Part shown: positions 27,612 through 45,608 of the stretch, piece by piece
Layout of the letters: each line of letters begins with the position of its first letter
Position numbering within the stretch: the first letter of the stretch is position 1
DNA from: the human T2T-CHM13v2.0 reference genome, Homo sapiens
Length of the DNA stretch: 64,000 bases
Direction: 5' to 3' (one strand)
NCBI RefSeq assembly: GCF_009914755.1
Contig: NC_060944.1
Notes under the pieces: model-generated
What the model saw: only the letters and a program-made list of their open reading frames with translations
Databases searched by the model: none
What the model was told of the DNA's origin: nothing
Program-made: the position numbers and the translations under genes

Positions 27612-28211
27612 CTAAACCATGATCTATGTTTGAACATCTGCACTTACTATGTGCTCAACTAGCCTGAGCCAAAATGAGCAAGGAGGGGAGCAGAATACAT
27701 TAGCTCACACAGTTGAAAAATCCAGGAGTATTTCAGGTATGGCTGGATCCAGGAGCTTAAGTAATGTCAGTGGGACTTTGTCTTGCTCTATTTCTCCAGT
27801 TCAGATTTGCCCTGTGCTGCCTTCCTTTTCAAGTAGGTGACAAAAATGGCCTTGGCAGCTCTAGACTGCTGAGCTCTTACTACCCTGAGGGAGTATCTTT
27901 TTCCTTATAGTGTTTAGTAAAGATCTGATGGAAGGTTCACACTGATCTGACTGGGGTCACTTTTGAATTAATCGCCATAGCCAGGATAATTTTCTGCTCT
28001 GGTGGGCTAAGACTGGGTGATACAACCCATTCTAGAGCCAGGTTTGTGGTCAGCTTCACCCAAACCATATAGATTATAGGGGTGGGGTAGTTCCCCAAGG
28101 GAAAATTAGGATTCTGGGCAGGCTCAAGTCACAGATACCCACAGTATTCGGACAGTGTGGACCCTGCTGCCTAGGTTTGACCCTTGCGTTTTCCACATGC
28201 CAGCTATGTGA

Positions 28212-28400
<189 letters not shown>

Positions 28401-28521
28401 TAATTTTTGTATTTTTTGGTAGAGACGGTGTTTCACCATGTTGGGCAGGCTGGTCTCAAACCCCTGACCTCAGGTAATCTGCTCGCCTCAGCCTCCCAAA
28501 GTGCTGGTATTACAGGTGTGA

Positions 28522-28734
<213 letters not shown>

Positions 28735-28838
28735 TAGTTAGAGACGAGGTTTCACCATGTTGGCCAGGATGGTCGCGATCTCCTGACCTCGTGATCCACC
28801 TGCCTCGGCCTCCCAAAGTGCTGGGATTACAGGTGTGA

Positions 28839-29147
<309 letters not shown>

Positions 29148-29976
29148 TAGCCAGGATGGTCTCAATCTCCTGACCTCATGATCTGCCCTCCTCGGCCTCC
29201 CAAAGTGCTGGGATTACAGGCGTGAGCCACCGCGCCCAGCCTGTTATTTTTTCTTTAAACAGTGAAGAGGGTTTCAAGGAATCTCTCCTTAAAGGCAAAG
29301 ACCCTGCCCAACTGAGTGTTGAGGCCTTTGTAGTGGACTGACCTGGGTTAATTTCTGGCTCTGGGTTCTGCCTTGGGCAAATCACTTTCTTTCTCTAAGC
29401 CTCAGTTTCCTCCTCCATGCAATGGGCAGAGTAGAGGGGAATAAATGAGAATCATCTCAAGTATTGACTGGCTCAGCACAGTGCCTAGAATCTGTGTCTA
29501 ATAAGTGAACTTTTATTTTCCCTTTTTTTTACTTGTTTATTTGACTACATGAATACCTTCAAAAAGTACAGAGTGAAAGTAAAGAGTGAAAAATGGGTGG
29601 GTCTCCCTTCCTCCCTGTTCCTTTACCCACCCACTTCCCTTTCAGAGATATAATCAGGATTACAGGTTTCAAAACGGTTTTGAATTTATAGGACTATAAC
29701 AAGAATAATTCAGAGAATTCCATATACCCTTTACCCAGAATCACCTGTCTTTACTATTTTGCCATGTTTGTTTTATTATCTTTTCTTTCTTCATGTGACT
29801 ATGTTTATTATTATTATTTTTCTGAACTATTATAGTTTTCATACATCATGCCGCATTTACCTCTTAATATTTCTGCATATGTTTACTAGGAACACGATAT
29901 TATTTGCTGTAACCACAGCACTGTTACCAAATTCAGAAAATTTACCTTGATGCCCCATTTACCTCATAATATTTCA

Positions 29977-30848
<872 letters not shown>

Positions 30849-31129
30849 TGAAGAATACAGGCCAGTTATTTCATAGAATGTTCCTCATTTGGGGTTTGTT
30901 TAACAGAGTACCCCAAATTTCTGTAGGATAGGAATTCAGGAAGGGCATAGTGGGGAAAAATTCTATCTGCTCTAAGGCTCACTCCTGTAATGCCAGCACT
31001 GAGGCCTCAGCTGGAAAACTCAAAGGCTAGAAGCGAGAGTTACCTGAAGTCTCACTGTCTGGCAGCTAATGCAGGCTGCTGGCTGGGGCTTGGCTGAGGC
31101 CCCACACACAGCCTCTCTACGTATCCTGA

Positions 31130-31695
<566 letters not shown>

Positions 31696-31937
31696 TGACA
31701 TGTTGGCCAGGCTGGGTTTGAACTCCTGACCTCAAGTGATCTGCCCATCTCGGCCTCCGAAGTGTTGGCATTACAGGCGTGAGCCGCCACACCTGGCCTG
31801 TCAATATTGTTTTAATGATGGTTGCTCCTTCTCAGGCTTTCCTCACATACTGTTTTTTTTTTTTTTAGACAGGTTCTGGTTCTGTCACCTAAGCCTCCTG
31901 AGTAGCTGACATTACAGGTGTGTGCCACGAGCTTGGC

Positions 31938-32076
31938 TAATTTATTTATTTATTATATTAAATATATATATATTTATATATAATATTAAATAATATATGT
32001 ATATATATTTATATATAATATATATATTAAATAATGAAATATATTAAATAATAAATAAATAAATAATTTATTTATT
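31938..32076. repeat. AT-rich low-complexity expansion in an Alu linker
   Basis: About 135 bp with only 2 G and no C. Confidence 0.9.
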
Positions 32077-33054
32077 GTTTTGTAGAGATGGGAGTCTCAC
32101 TATATTGCCCAGGCTCATCTCAAACTCCTGGCCTCAAGCATTCCTTCCACCTCAGCCTCCCAAACGGCTAGGATTACAGGTGTGAGCCACCACACCCAGC
32201 CCTCCCTCATACATTCAAATGGCCAACTCCCTTGGCTTCCTCAAGTCTTTGCTTAAATGCCATCTTCTCAGGAAGTCATTTTCTGAACACTCTATTAAAA
32301 ATTGCAACCTGCCCCCAAACACGTCTTGCACTCACTGTCCGTGTCTCTGCTTAAATTTTCTCCGTAGCACTCATACCATCTAACATACTGTGCATTTACT
32401 TGTTTATTTTTATTTTTTTGAGACAGGGTCTCACTCTGTTGCCCAGGCTGGAGTGCAGTAGTGTGATCATGGTTCATTGTAACCTCTGTCTCCTGGACTC
32501 AAGCAATCCTCTCACCTTAGCCTCCCAAGTAGCTGGTACCACAAGTGCACATCATCACACCTGGCTAATTTTTGTATTTTTTGTACAGAAGGGGTTTCGC
32601 CATGCTGACCAGGCTCATCTCAAACTCCTGGGTTCCAGCGATCCACCCGCCTCAGCCTCCCAAAGTGCTGGGATTATAAGTGAACCATCATGCTGGGCAA
32701 TTTATTTATTTATTTTCCGTTTCCCTCTACTAATGAATCAGCTCCAGGAGTGCAGGGACCTTGTCTGTTTTCTACACAGATGCGTTCCCAGCACCTAGCA
32801 CAGTGCCTAGCAGGTATGTGAATGAATGAATGAATGAATCCATGCATGCATGAATGAAGTATCCTTGTACAAACCATGAACCATGTACATGTTAGGTGTC
32901 TACAACTTGTCGTTTGAATTAATGAATAAAAGAACAGGCAAGGCGCGGTGGCTCACACCTGCAATCCCAGCACTTTGGGAGGCCGAGGTGGGCGGATCAT
33001 CTGAGGTTGGGAGTTCAAGACCAGCCTGACTAACATGGAGGAACCCTGTCTCTA

Positions 33055-33213
<159 letters not shown>

Positions 33214-33980
33214 TCAAAAAAAAAAAAAAGAAAGAACAGACAGCACCAACCCTCCTTGTAAGTTCAATATGAGGTTGATCTGAAGCTGCCACCCAAGGCT
33301 ACTGATCAAAATATCCTTCTAAACAAGTCTGTCCCACAGTCCTGGCGTCTGATAATATGGACAGTCAGGCTGGCTGGCACCAGACTGGACCCAGATGAAG
33401 GAATGGAATCAGGCCACATTACAGGGGCAAGAGGAGCCTTGTGGCCAGAGGTTCTAGAGGTCAGCAGCAAGTCATGCATCTGAAGAGGAAGTTGATTGCT
33501 GTACCTCAAGCTGAAACAGAAACTGCGGTGGCTAGCAAGGAAGGGTCCCCACCTGTGCGCCTCAGCCCCTCGGCCATTGCCAGCTTCCAACAGACCACAG
33601 AGACTTTTGGGGGAAAACTTTTTTATTGAAGTGTAACAGACATACAGAAAAGTGCACAAATAAGGAAAGTGCACAGGGGAGCGATGGCTCGATACATTTT
33701 CACAAAGGCAGACAGCGGGGTAACCAGCCCCCAGCTCAAGGAACAGAACATTCCCCGCCCCGGAGAAGCTCCCTTCAAGTCTTTCCCATCCTAAGCGATA
33801 ACCGTTATCCTGATTCCAACAGCAGTGATGATTTTTGCCGTTTTTTGAACTTGATGAAATGGCAGCACATAACACGTATTCTTTTGTGTAAGACTTACTT
33901 ACTACAAACTTTGTATGTTTGTAGCAACAGCCTTTTGACCCTGTCTCTTCCTCCATGCCCTCAAAGGAAAAAGGAACCTA

Positions 33981-34391
<411 letters not shown>

Positions 34392-34737
34392 TTACTGCTT
34401 CCATTTCAAATATTGGGAGGCTGAGGCACAGAGAGGTTAAATAATTTGCTCAGCCAGGAAGTGAAGGTCTGTATTTAAAGCCAGGTCTCTCTGATCTCCA
34501 AGCTCATGTTCTAACCCAGCATACACTCCTTATCAATAAAATGACCATGTATTGAACACCCTCTTTGGACTGAATACTATACTTCAACTTTATGTCCATT
34601 GTCTTATTTGATTTTCCCAGCCGTTGATGAGTAATATACCATTATCCTTGCTTAGCAAATGATGAAAGCAGGGTTCAGAGAGGTTAAGGAACTTTCCTAA
34701 CGTCATACAGCCCAGGAAGGCATGAAATAAAAATTTA

Positions 34738-35185
<448 letters not shown>

Positions 35186-35751
35186 TCATCTCAGAGTCAG
35201 TTGTTTTGGTCAAAGATTGCAAATGATCCCTTAATTTGTGTTCTTGTCTTCTCTCTCCTAGTAAGAGTATACCTGATTTTTAGCTTGGCACATGGCTTCC
35301 CATGGCTTTACTACCTATCTCAGCCTTCCTTGCAGCTAGGGGTAGCCACATGACTAACTTATAGCCAGTGAAGAACTGTTCCCCGACATGCCCACATGGC
35401 TCATGTCAACCCCAGCATTACATCATTTGTTTAAACTCTCAGTTTCTCTGTCTTGGAAATAGGGATTTAAATATTTATTTAAGCCAGGTGTGGCTGAGGT
35501 GAGAGGATCACTTGAGGCCAGGAGTTCGAGACCAGCCTGGGCCACACAATGAGACCCCTGCCTTTACAAAACAATTTTTTAAAAAAATTAGCTGGGCATG
35601 GTGGCGTGTGCCTGTAGCCCCAGCTACTCAGGAGGCTGAGGTGGGAGGATTACTTAAGCCTGAGAGGTTGAGGCTGCAGTGAGCCTTGATTGCGCCATTG
35701 TGCTGCAGCCTGGATGACAGAGCAAGACCCCATCTCAACATATGTGTATAC

Positions 35752-35752
<1 letters not shown>

Positions 35753-35801
<49 letters not shown>

Positions 35802-35860
35802 AGCTATATCTGTCTCATCTCTCTCTCTCTCTGTCTATATATATATATATATATAAATAA
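35753..35860. repeat. Compound STR: (TCTA)12 then (TC)n and (TA)n, derived from an Alu tail
   Basis: Direct reading, TCTA x12 at 35753-35800. Confidence 0.95.
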
Positions 35861-35883
35861 ATATGTTCTTTTTTTTTAATTTA

Positions 35884-36012
<129 letters not shown>

Positions 36013-36765
36013 CTAACTCTACAGAAAGTTTAAAAAAAAAAAATCAGCTGGGTGTGGTGGTATATGCCTGTAGTCCCAGCTTCTTCACATCACTGCACTC
36101 CAGCCTGGGCAATAGAGCATAACCCTGTCTCTTAAAAACAAAAAACAGGAATATATGTATTAGAGTCACCTTGAGTGTGGATTGGGAGAAGAAGCTAGGA
36201 CAGGAAGGACACTAATGTGTTTGTGTTGGGTAAACAAACCCTGTTTATTGGGAGACCACCTGCTCCAGAAGAAAAGACACCAGGTGAAGACAGGAAGCTG
36301 GGTGCTGCTAACTGAATGAGCTGGGACAAGGCCCTTCCCTTACCTAGGGATAGATAATAAAAAATATTTTATTGTATATTTTTAAGGTAGTAGTTCCTTG
36401 TCTGCAGAGTGGGGATTTAGATTACATCTATCCTTTTGGTTTTGTCTACTCACTATGAATTCCCCTATCATAACAGCATCCTAATTTCTCTGGGAGCCCC
36501 CTTCTTTACTCCCTGTCCATGTGAAAGGCATGCAGCACTAACTTTATCCTTGGTTCCAGGAAGGCCAAATGCTCCATGCTGGCCAATCAGCACCCCTCAT
36601 TTCTCTGCCCATAGGGATTGGCTCAGAAATGGGCACCTGCCCCAAGTGGACCAGTGAGTTATCCCTCAGGTTTTTGCTGGGATTGTTTTGCTTCTGCTGC
36701 ACTAGGCTGGTATGAAGAGGGTCTGAAGCTCAAAGGTAGCCACCATTGTGAGAGTGAAAGACTGA

Positions 36766-37675
<910 letters not shown>

Positions 37676-38323
37676 CGTTTCGTAAGATTGGTTTTCTGTC
37701 ACGCACAGCTAAAGCTGCTCTGGCAGACGCATGGTTCAAGAATTCTTTTAAAATATTTGCCTCATAACTGTATTTTTCCAGCCTGCTTTTCAGCTCAAAG
37801 GAAGTATATGCACTGAGTTGACTTATCAGTGTGCATAGCAGAAAGGGACCCAGTAAGAGAAAGCCCCCTGAGAGGCCCTGGGACAGCTGAGTGATCCACC
37901 CTGGCTGCCTCCTCTCCACCTCATTCTCACACACTAACCTTTCCCAACCCTTTTCATTCCAAGGCTCCTAGCCAGCGCCCCCCACCTGCCTTAGGAGATA
38001 ACCCCAGTTCCTTCCTCGGATTCTTTCATCTGCAAGGCCTCAGTGTTCTTGTCCGGCCAGTGATAAGGACATTCAACGTCATTTTCCTGTCCCTGACCTT
38101 TGAAAGAACCCTACCCATCCGGGGCCTGTGATGTAGACTCAGACTGAGATGTTCCATCTTGGGGATATAATCAGTGGGAAAGAGAGAGATTCCTGAGAGG
38201 TCATCATTCATTCATTCATTCATTCAAGAAATATTTATGGAGTGCTTGGGCAAGGAATTCTAAATTGCAGAGTCAACTAGAGCCAGCTTAAGCAGAAAAG
38301 GAATTTTTTTTTTTTTTTTCTAA

Positions 38324-38639
<316 letters not shown>

Positions 38640-41600
38640 TAAATAGCCACAAACGGTGCAGCCAGGAGCATCAATGCCAGGAGCAACACTCACCTTCACT
38701 GTTGAACTGTTCTAATCAAAATATCACTGCTGCTGCTGCCCCCCTCTCCCCAAACTCAGGACCTAGGTAGCTAGAGACAGGCTGCTAGAATTGCCCCATG
38801 CTTCCCCAGAAGGACCAGATACCTCTCCCACTGTGCTTGCCAGAAGACTCCACCACTTGGCATCCTTCTGCTTGCTTCTGTCTCCAAGGCTTACTAGGGG
38901 AACCCAGATCACATAAGGCACTCTTGCTGCAAAGAAATCTCAGAATGTAGTTTTTCTCTGTCTGGCCTTTACAGTACAGGAGGTCACACTACAGGCGAAT
39001 GGGATAGGTGAGTGAGCCAATCTGTAGTATCTGCCGTAGGCTCACAACAATGATAAAGTCAGGGCTGGGCACAGTGGCTCATGCCTGTAATCTTAGCACT
39101 TTGGGAGACCAATGTGGGAGGCTCCCTTGAGGCCAGGAGTTTGAGACCAGCCTAGGTAACAGTGGGAGACCACTCCATCTCTACCAAAAAAAAAAAAATT
39201 AAGTGGTGGTGTGTGCCTGTAGTCCCAGGCTGAGGAGGGAGGAATGCTTAAGCCCAGGAGTTCGAGGCTACAGTGAGCTACGATCGCACCACTGTACTCC
39301 CGCCTGAGCGACAGAGCAAGACCCTGCTCTAAAAAAGAAAAATTAAAATAAAAAAATTTTAATGATAAAATCAGAAGAGTCCCCTGCTTTCCAGGAGCTC
39401 ACCATTGACAGGAGGATATCAACACCAAGCAATTCCAGGAGGGAGAGCATTCCAAAAGGGAAATTATAGACAGTTACACACACATAGACCAAGAAAACTC
39501 AACCTATTCTAACAGGACCTCCTGAAACAGGTGCCGTTGTACATGATGTGTGAAGGTGTTTAGAGGCTAACCAGGCAAAAGAAGGGCAAGAGGGAATAGC
39601 ACTTCAGTCAAGGGAAAATCTCATATGCAAAGGTCCAGTGGCAGGGAAGGTGAGGGGTGCAGGAGGAAGTGAGAGAAGCCCACTTCTCTCTGACTGGAGA
39701 ACAGAGAACAAGGGGAACAGAGGGAAGGAAGAGGGGCGGTAAGGGAATAGACCATGACCTTGTGGTCCATGATGTGGAATTCAAACTGTCTCCTAAGGCC
39801 AGTGGTGACCACTGAATGCTTATGAGTAAGGCAGTGACATAATAGCAACTGCTAATATTTATTTATTTATTATTTTGAGATGGAGTTTTACTCTTGCTAC
39901 CCAGGCTGGAGTGCAATGGTGTGATCTTGGCTCACTACAACCTCTGCCTCCCAGTTCAAGCGATTCTCCTGCCTCAGCCTCCCAAGTAGCTAGGATTACA
40001 GGAGCCTGCCACCACGCCCAGCTAATTTTTTGTATTTTTAGTAGAGATGGGGTTTCGCCATGTTGGCCAATCTGGCCTTGAACTCCTGACCTCAGGTAAT
40101 CCCCCCACCGTGGCCTCCCAAAGTGCTGGGATTACAGGTGTGAGCCACCGTGCCCTGCCTGCTGATATTTATTGACCACTTATTCAGTGCCAGACTTTTT
40201 TCTAAGCTGCTAACATGTATCATTTAGTATGTATTTGCAACAACCCTGTAATTAAGGTTCTCCAGACCACGAGCAAATTACTCAGCCATTCTGTGCCTCA
40301 GTTTCCTCATATGCACAATGGGAGTAATCATAGAACCTACCACAAAGAGTTAGTATGAGGGTTACAATGAGTGCTTGGCACATGGGAAATGCTGTGCATG
40401 TATTAGCTTTTGCTACTATTATTCCCATTTTATAGATGAAAAAGCTGAAGCCCAGAGAGATGAATCAGTTTGTCTGAGGTCACACAGCTAATGCTAATAA
40501 GGCATAGAATGAACAGGACAGGTGTGGCGAAGGTAGAAGTGCTGGTGGGCGTGGAGAAGCCACATCTTCATCCTAGGAGTGATGGAAGTGTGGACCACCC
40601 ATTGGGACCCATGTGGCCAGCCTCTGTTCTGACTGGTCAGTGCCTAGGTCATGCCGGTTCTTAAATATTTCATTATCACCCTGTTATTACTACATATATG
40701 ACATTGTTTTGTGGATTTAATATTTACACAAACGGTATCATACTAAATGTTAACTTCTGCAAGTTCCTTTTCTCACTCAACATTACTGTATGTTTAAGAT
40801 CTGTTTAGATCTAGTTCATTCATTTTATTTTCTTTTTTAGAGATGGGGTGTCACTATGTTGGCCAGTCTGGTCTTGAAATCCTGGGCTTAAGTGATCCTC
40901 CCACCTTGGCTTCCCAAAATGTTGGGATGACAGGCGTGAGACACCGTGCCCAGCCATTCATTCATTGTTTTTTTTTTTTTTTTTTTTTTTTGAGACAGAG
41001 TCTCGCTCTGTCACCCAGGCTGGAGTGCAGTGGCTCACTGCAACCTCTGCCTCCTGGGTTCAAGCGATTCTGCCTCAGCCTTCTGAGTAGCTGGGACTAC
41101 AGGCACATGGCACCACACCTGGCTAATTTTGTATTTTTAATAGAGACGGGGTTTTGCCACGTTGGCCAGGCTAGTCTCAAACTCCTGACCTCTCAGGTGA
41201 TCCACCTGCCTTGGCCTCCCAAAGTGTTGGGATTACAGGCGCGAGCCACACCATTCATTGATTTTAATTGCTCACTAGTATTCCTTTACAGGAACATGTC
41301 ATGGTCTCCTTGCCCACTATCCCATGGATGCCTATTTAGTCCACTGCACTTTGGACCCATTGTAGGCAAAGCTGCCACACCCAACTTTGCATATGTTGAA
41401 GCTTCTCTAGGGTGAATACCAGGAAGTGGGATCACTGGTCTCAGAGTTCATACGTTTCAACTGCCAAGCAGCAGTACATGAAGAGTTCTTGTTTCTGCAC
41501 TTCCTTACCGATGAAAATAATACCACTACCCCACATGACACTTACTATGTGCCAGGCATCTTTCTAAACATCTAACATGAAATAACTCATTTAACCTCTC

Positions 41601-42167
41601 AAAAAACTTTGAGGTGAGGTACTATCATCATCTCCACTAGATAGATGGAGAATGAAGACACAGAGAGGGCAAATAACTAGCCCAAGGTCACTCAGCTAGG
41701 AATAGTAGAGCATGGCATGAACCCAGAGAGGCTGGTTCCAGAGCCTGGGCTGTTCATCACTCCTGTAGGCCTTGGAATTTTCTGGTTTTCAAGTTGCTGC
41801 CAGTTTATGACTGTGAAATGTCTCTAAGTGCTTTAAGTTGCATTGCCTGCTTAGAAGGGACCTTGAGGACCTTTCCATCCATTTTTTGGCCAATCAAGCA
41901 TCCTCTTCAGAAAAATGCCTCTTTCTAGCCTTGGCTGTCCCTGAGTTTCTGATCTTTTCTGCAAGTATGCCTGGAGGCCAGGACTTGGGGCGGGGCCTGG
42001 CACAGTGAGCGCACTTGGTAAAAATGTACCAGACTCACCAGGCATGGTGGCTCATGCCTGTAATCTCAGCATTTTGGAAGGCTGAAGCAGGCAGACTGCT
42101 TGAGCCCAGGAGTTCAAAACCAGACTGGTCAGTGTAGTGAGACCCTATCTCTACAAAATAAAAATTA

Positions 42168-42439
<272 letters not shown>

Positions 42440-43461
42440 ACAAAAGAAAAAAGAAAAAAAAGTGCCAGACTGACTGGTGGTGTCTTTCACGTCTCTCACC
42501 CTCTCTTCCTCCTGGGAGGCCAATGCTGATGAATAAAGCTTCTGCTTAAGTCACTGGCCCACGTCTGTGCTGTGCTGGGCACGCACAGTGGCCCTCTTGC
42601 CTCAAGCTCATTTCCTCTTCTGTTATCTGACCCTAATCTAGTTCATGATCTGATCTCATCTCCTTCGACTCTCCTTGTCTCTTGTTTCTCATGAACCCCA
42701 CTGGCTGTCCTCCTGTCTCTTCAGTGGCCAAGTTCATTTCTACCTCAGGACTTTTGCATGTGCTGCTTCCTCTGCCTGGAACACTCTTCCCGTAGTGGCT
42801 CCAACTCATCCTTCAGGCCTCAACTCAAATGCCACCTCCTCAGAGAGACTTTCCTGATCACTCTGTTTAGAAGAAACAGAGGCATGAAGAGATTGAGCAT
42901 AATTGTCAAAAATTGTACAGCTGGCTTATTGATGAGATTTTTGAATTATGTTATCTTATTATGTGCCTATATTTCTAAATTTTTTCTACAGTGGTGATGT
43001 GTTCCCTGTGTGAATTTTTTAAACCTCAAATTCAGGCTGGACATTGAGGCTCATGACTATAATCCCAGCACTTAGGGAGGCTGAGGCGATAGGATCGCTT
43101 GAGCTCAGGAGTTCAAGACCAGCCTGGGCAACATAGTGAGACCCCATCTCTACAAACAATTTTAAAATTAGCCAGGAATGGTGGCATGCACCTGTAGTCC
43201 CAGGTACTGGGGAAGAAGAGGTGGGAGGATGTCTTGAGGCTAAGAGTTGGAGGCTGGAGTGAGCTATGATCACACCACTGCACTCCGGCCAGGATAACAG
43301 AGCAAGACTGACTCTTAAAAAAAAAAAAAACAGGCCGGGCGTGGTGGCTCACGCCTGTAATCCCAGCACTTTGGGAGGCTGAGGTGGGCAGATCACGAGG
43401 TCAGGAGATCGAGACCAACTTGGCTAACACGGTGAAACCCCGTCTCTACTAAAAATATTTA

Positions 43462-43995
<534 letters not shown>

Positions 43996-44399
43996 TAAAA
44001 TGAATTAAGAGCCAATCCTGAGAGAATACGAATGAGTGTCTGGGGCTCTGTTTTTCAAGCCTCCTGGGTCAGAATAAGATCATAGCATTCTTCATCCTCC
44101 ATGATTTCCTTACTGCCCACTTTCCCACGCCTTTCCATCTGACGATCGTCCCTCTTGGCTCTGAATCAGAAGGCTAAAAGCAAAGTGTAGGTCCACAATC
44201 CTCTCTGATAATCAGCCTCCCCTTCCCTACAGATGTTTCTCATTGCAAAATGGGAATAATGCCAGGTGCGGTAGCTCACACCTGTAATCCCAACAGTTTG
44301 GGAGGCCGAGGAGGGAGGATCACTTGAGGTCAGGACTTCAAGACCAGCCTGGCCAACATGGTGGAGCCCCATCTCTACTAAAAATACAAAAATTAGTTA

Positions 44400-44621
<222 letters not shown>

Positions 44622-45373
44622 CTATTGCTGTGTGGGAACCGTACTGTGTGGTGAGTTTGGAGTCAGATAAACTCTGGATCAAAGGCCAGCTCACTGTGTG
44701 ATCTCAGGCAACTCAATCTCTGAGCCTCACTCTCTCTGTAAAATAAGGACAATAAAAATACCTACTGAGTTCTTTAGAATGCCCTTCACTAGAAAGAAGT
44801 GGGTAATAAAACTCAAGCGTGCTTTACTGGAACAGGCTCCCCTGGCTCCCCACACAGGACATTTCTAGGACGGGGGAGCAGGAGATCCAGCAGCCTAGTG
44901 ATCTCATCCTGGAGCCAGGCTTTTTCCATGTCTCCGTCCACAGTGTTGGTTTCATCCTCAGGCTGGTCCTCCTCGTGATCGCAGGATGACTGCCAGGAGC
45001 TATCAGGGCCACGGGCATCCTCTTTCATGTCTGGTAGGAAAATAGATTCACTTCCAGGCCATCTTCCTGGAAGAGTGAGGAAGAACTTTCCCAGAAGCGT
45101 CTGGCAAACTTCTCTCCACTTCTCATTAGCCTGAGGTAGGTCAGAGGCCCATTCCGGAACCAAACTCTGGCAAAAAGATGCAAGTCTCATGATTGGCTTA
45201 GACTCATTGGTTCCAGTGCCTGTGGCTGGGCTGGGATGGATGTCGAGGAGTCAGTCAACAACATTGTCCTCTCTACCTGCCTCGAACAGTTACTGGGAGA
45301 AGAAAATGAGATCATGCTTGCAAAGCTTAGCATACAGTAGGTGCTCAACTAATAATAGCTCTTATTACTATTA

Positions 45374-45608
45374 CAGGCTGAGTATCCCTCATCCGAAATG
45401 CTTGGGACCAGAAGTGTGTCAGAATTCAGATTGTTTTGGATTTTGGAATATTTGCATTATATTTACCAGTTGAGCATTCCTAATCTGAAAATCTGAAACC
45501 CAAAATGCTCCAGTGAGCATTTCTGTTGAGCATTACGTCAGTGCTCAAAAAGTTTGGGATTTTGGCGCATTTCAGATTTCAGATTTTCAGATTAGGGATA
45601 CTCAACTG
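45374..45608. mobile_element. Tigger4a/MER46A TcMar MITE
   Basis: TIRs caggctgagtatccct / agggatactcaactg with TA target duplication. Confidence 0.85.

Noticed and set aside
33306-33956. Longest ORF in the track (216 aa, minus strand)
   Set aside because: Largely overlaps a degenerate L1M 3' fragment. No recognisable domain or promoter context.
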